Positions 63,437 through 64,000 of a stretch of DNA of 64,000 nt are shown here, piece by piece. Positions within the stretch are counted from its first letter, which is position 1, and every line of letters begins with the position of its first letter. The translations under genes and the position numbers were made by a program. The stretch is from the NCBI GenBank assembly GCA_964234715.1, contig OZ174280.1; one strand, 5' to 3'. The stretch is from Podarcis melisellensis. Its lineage: Eukaryota. The notes beneath the pieces are model-generated. The model made no database searches. It was not told the origin of the DNA and was given only the letters and a program-made list of their open reading frames with translations.

Positions 63437-64000
63437 TGCATGTGAACGGCACCATCCAACATTACTGCTATCCTGACTCACATCCAACAAAGCACTCAGT
63501 TAGCTTTCAAACATCATTCCCAGCATTGAGATACAACACAAACCCAAGAACAACAGATGGACAAAAGCATGGACACAAAACTTAGAGAAAATTAAACACC
63601 CAGTATCTAAAATGATATTAAAAACCCAGATTTCCCATTGGTTCTAAACCAGAATACTGGAGATATATATTTTATAAGAAAAGAAGTAGAATAATTATTT
63701 TGGAAGATTTGCCTACTGCTTTTTCAATTACAGCTCAGTGCTTTGCTCTAGCATTAAAATAGTGCACCCACCCACCTCGACCAGTACATTTAATAGCTAA
63801 GAACATATTCAGTTGTGATTCCATTTTATCATTACTCCATTTGCAACAACAGAGACTATATTTCAATGGGTGCAGTTTAGTGTGAATATTGCGATGGTTG
63901 GCTAAGCGTGTCCTCTTTGATTTCGGCTTACTGATGGGTTCCTTCTTTTAGCTTGCTGTTCAAATGGTCTTTTACATCTCCATTAGGATGCATGCAAATG

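Noticed and set aside
1-64000. Prokaryotic-type systems (CRISPR arrays, operons) or an intact autonomous transposon or provirus
   Set aside because: Vertebrate repeat landscape with no repeat-spacer arrays and no gap-free ORF longer than 154 aa.

Overview
This is non-coding squamate genomic DNA, most likely from a lacertid lizard, judged from four Sauria/Squam1 SINEs, Squam2/Squam3-like SINEs and typical lizard MITEs. There are two assembly gaps (17799-17930 and 59948-60857). I recognise no host protein-coding gene, rRNA, intact tRNA or miRNA, so the window reads as a large intron or gene desert. It holds decayed CR1, L2, RTE and RTE-X LINE fragments, a Penelope 3' fragment, Gypsy-type solo LTRs, hAT, Tc1/mariner and Harbinger-type MITEs, and microsatellites. 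Between these lie repeat-free blocks that look like conserved regulatory elements. The best-supported points of interest are an intact minimal hammerhead ribozyme in the Penelope fragment (20826-20863, minus), a triple PAR-bZIP/NFIL3 D-box cluster (48633-48672), a consensus CTCF site (13374-13390), a composite hAT MITE carrying an L2 tail, tRNA-head-swapped SINEs sharing one CR1 tail, and a three-level nested insertion. The most speculative lead is a minus-strand stretch at 9.7-11.3 kb with about 260 codons broken by one stop and weak RT/RNase H-like motifs. It could be a paleoviral or retroelement fossil, or a disrupted exon, but it may be chance. Repeat family names come from recalled motifs rather than a database search, and many boundaries are approximate.
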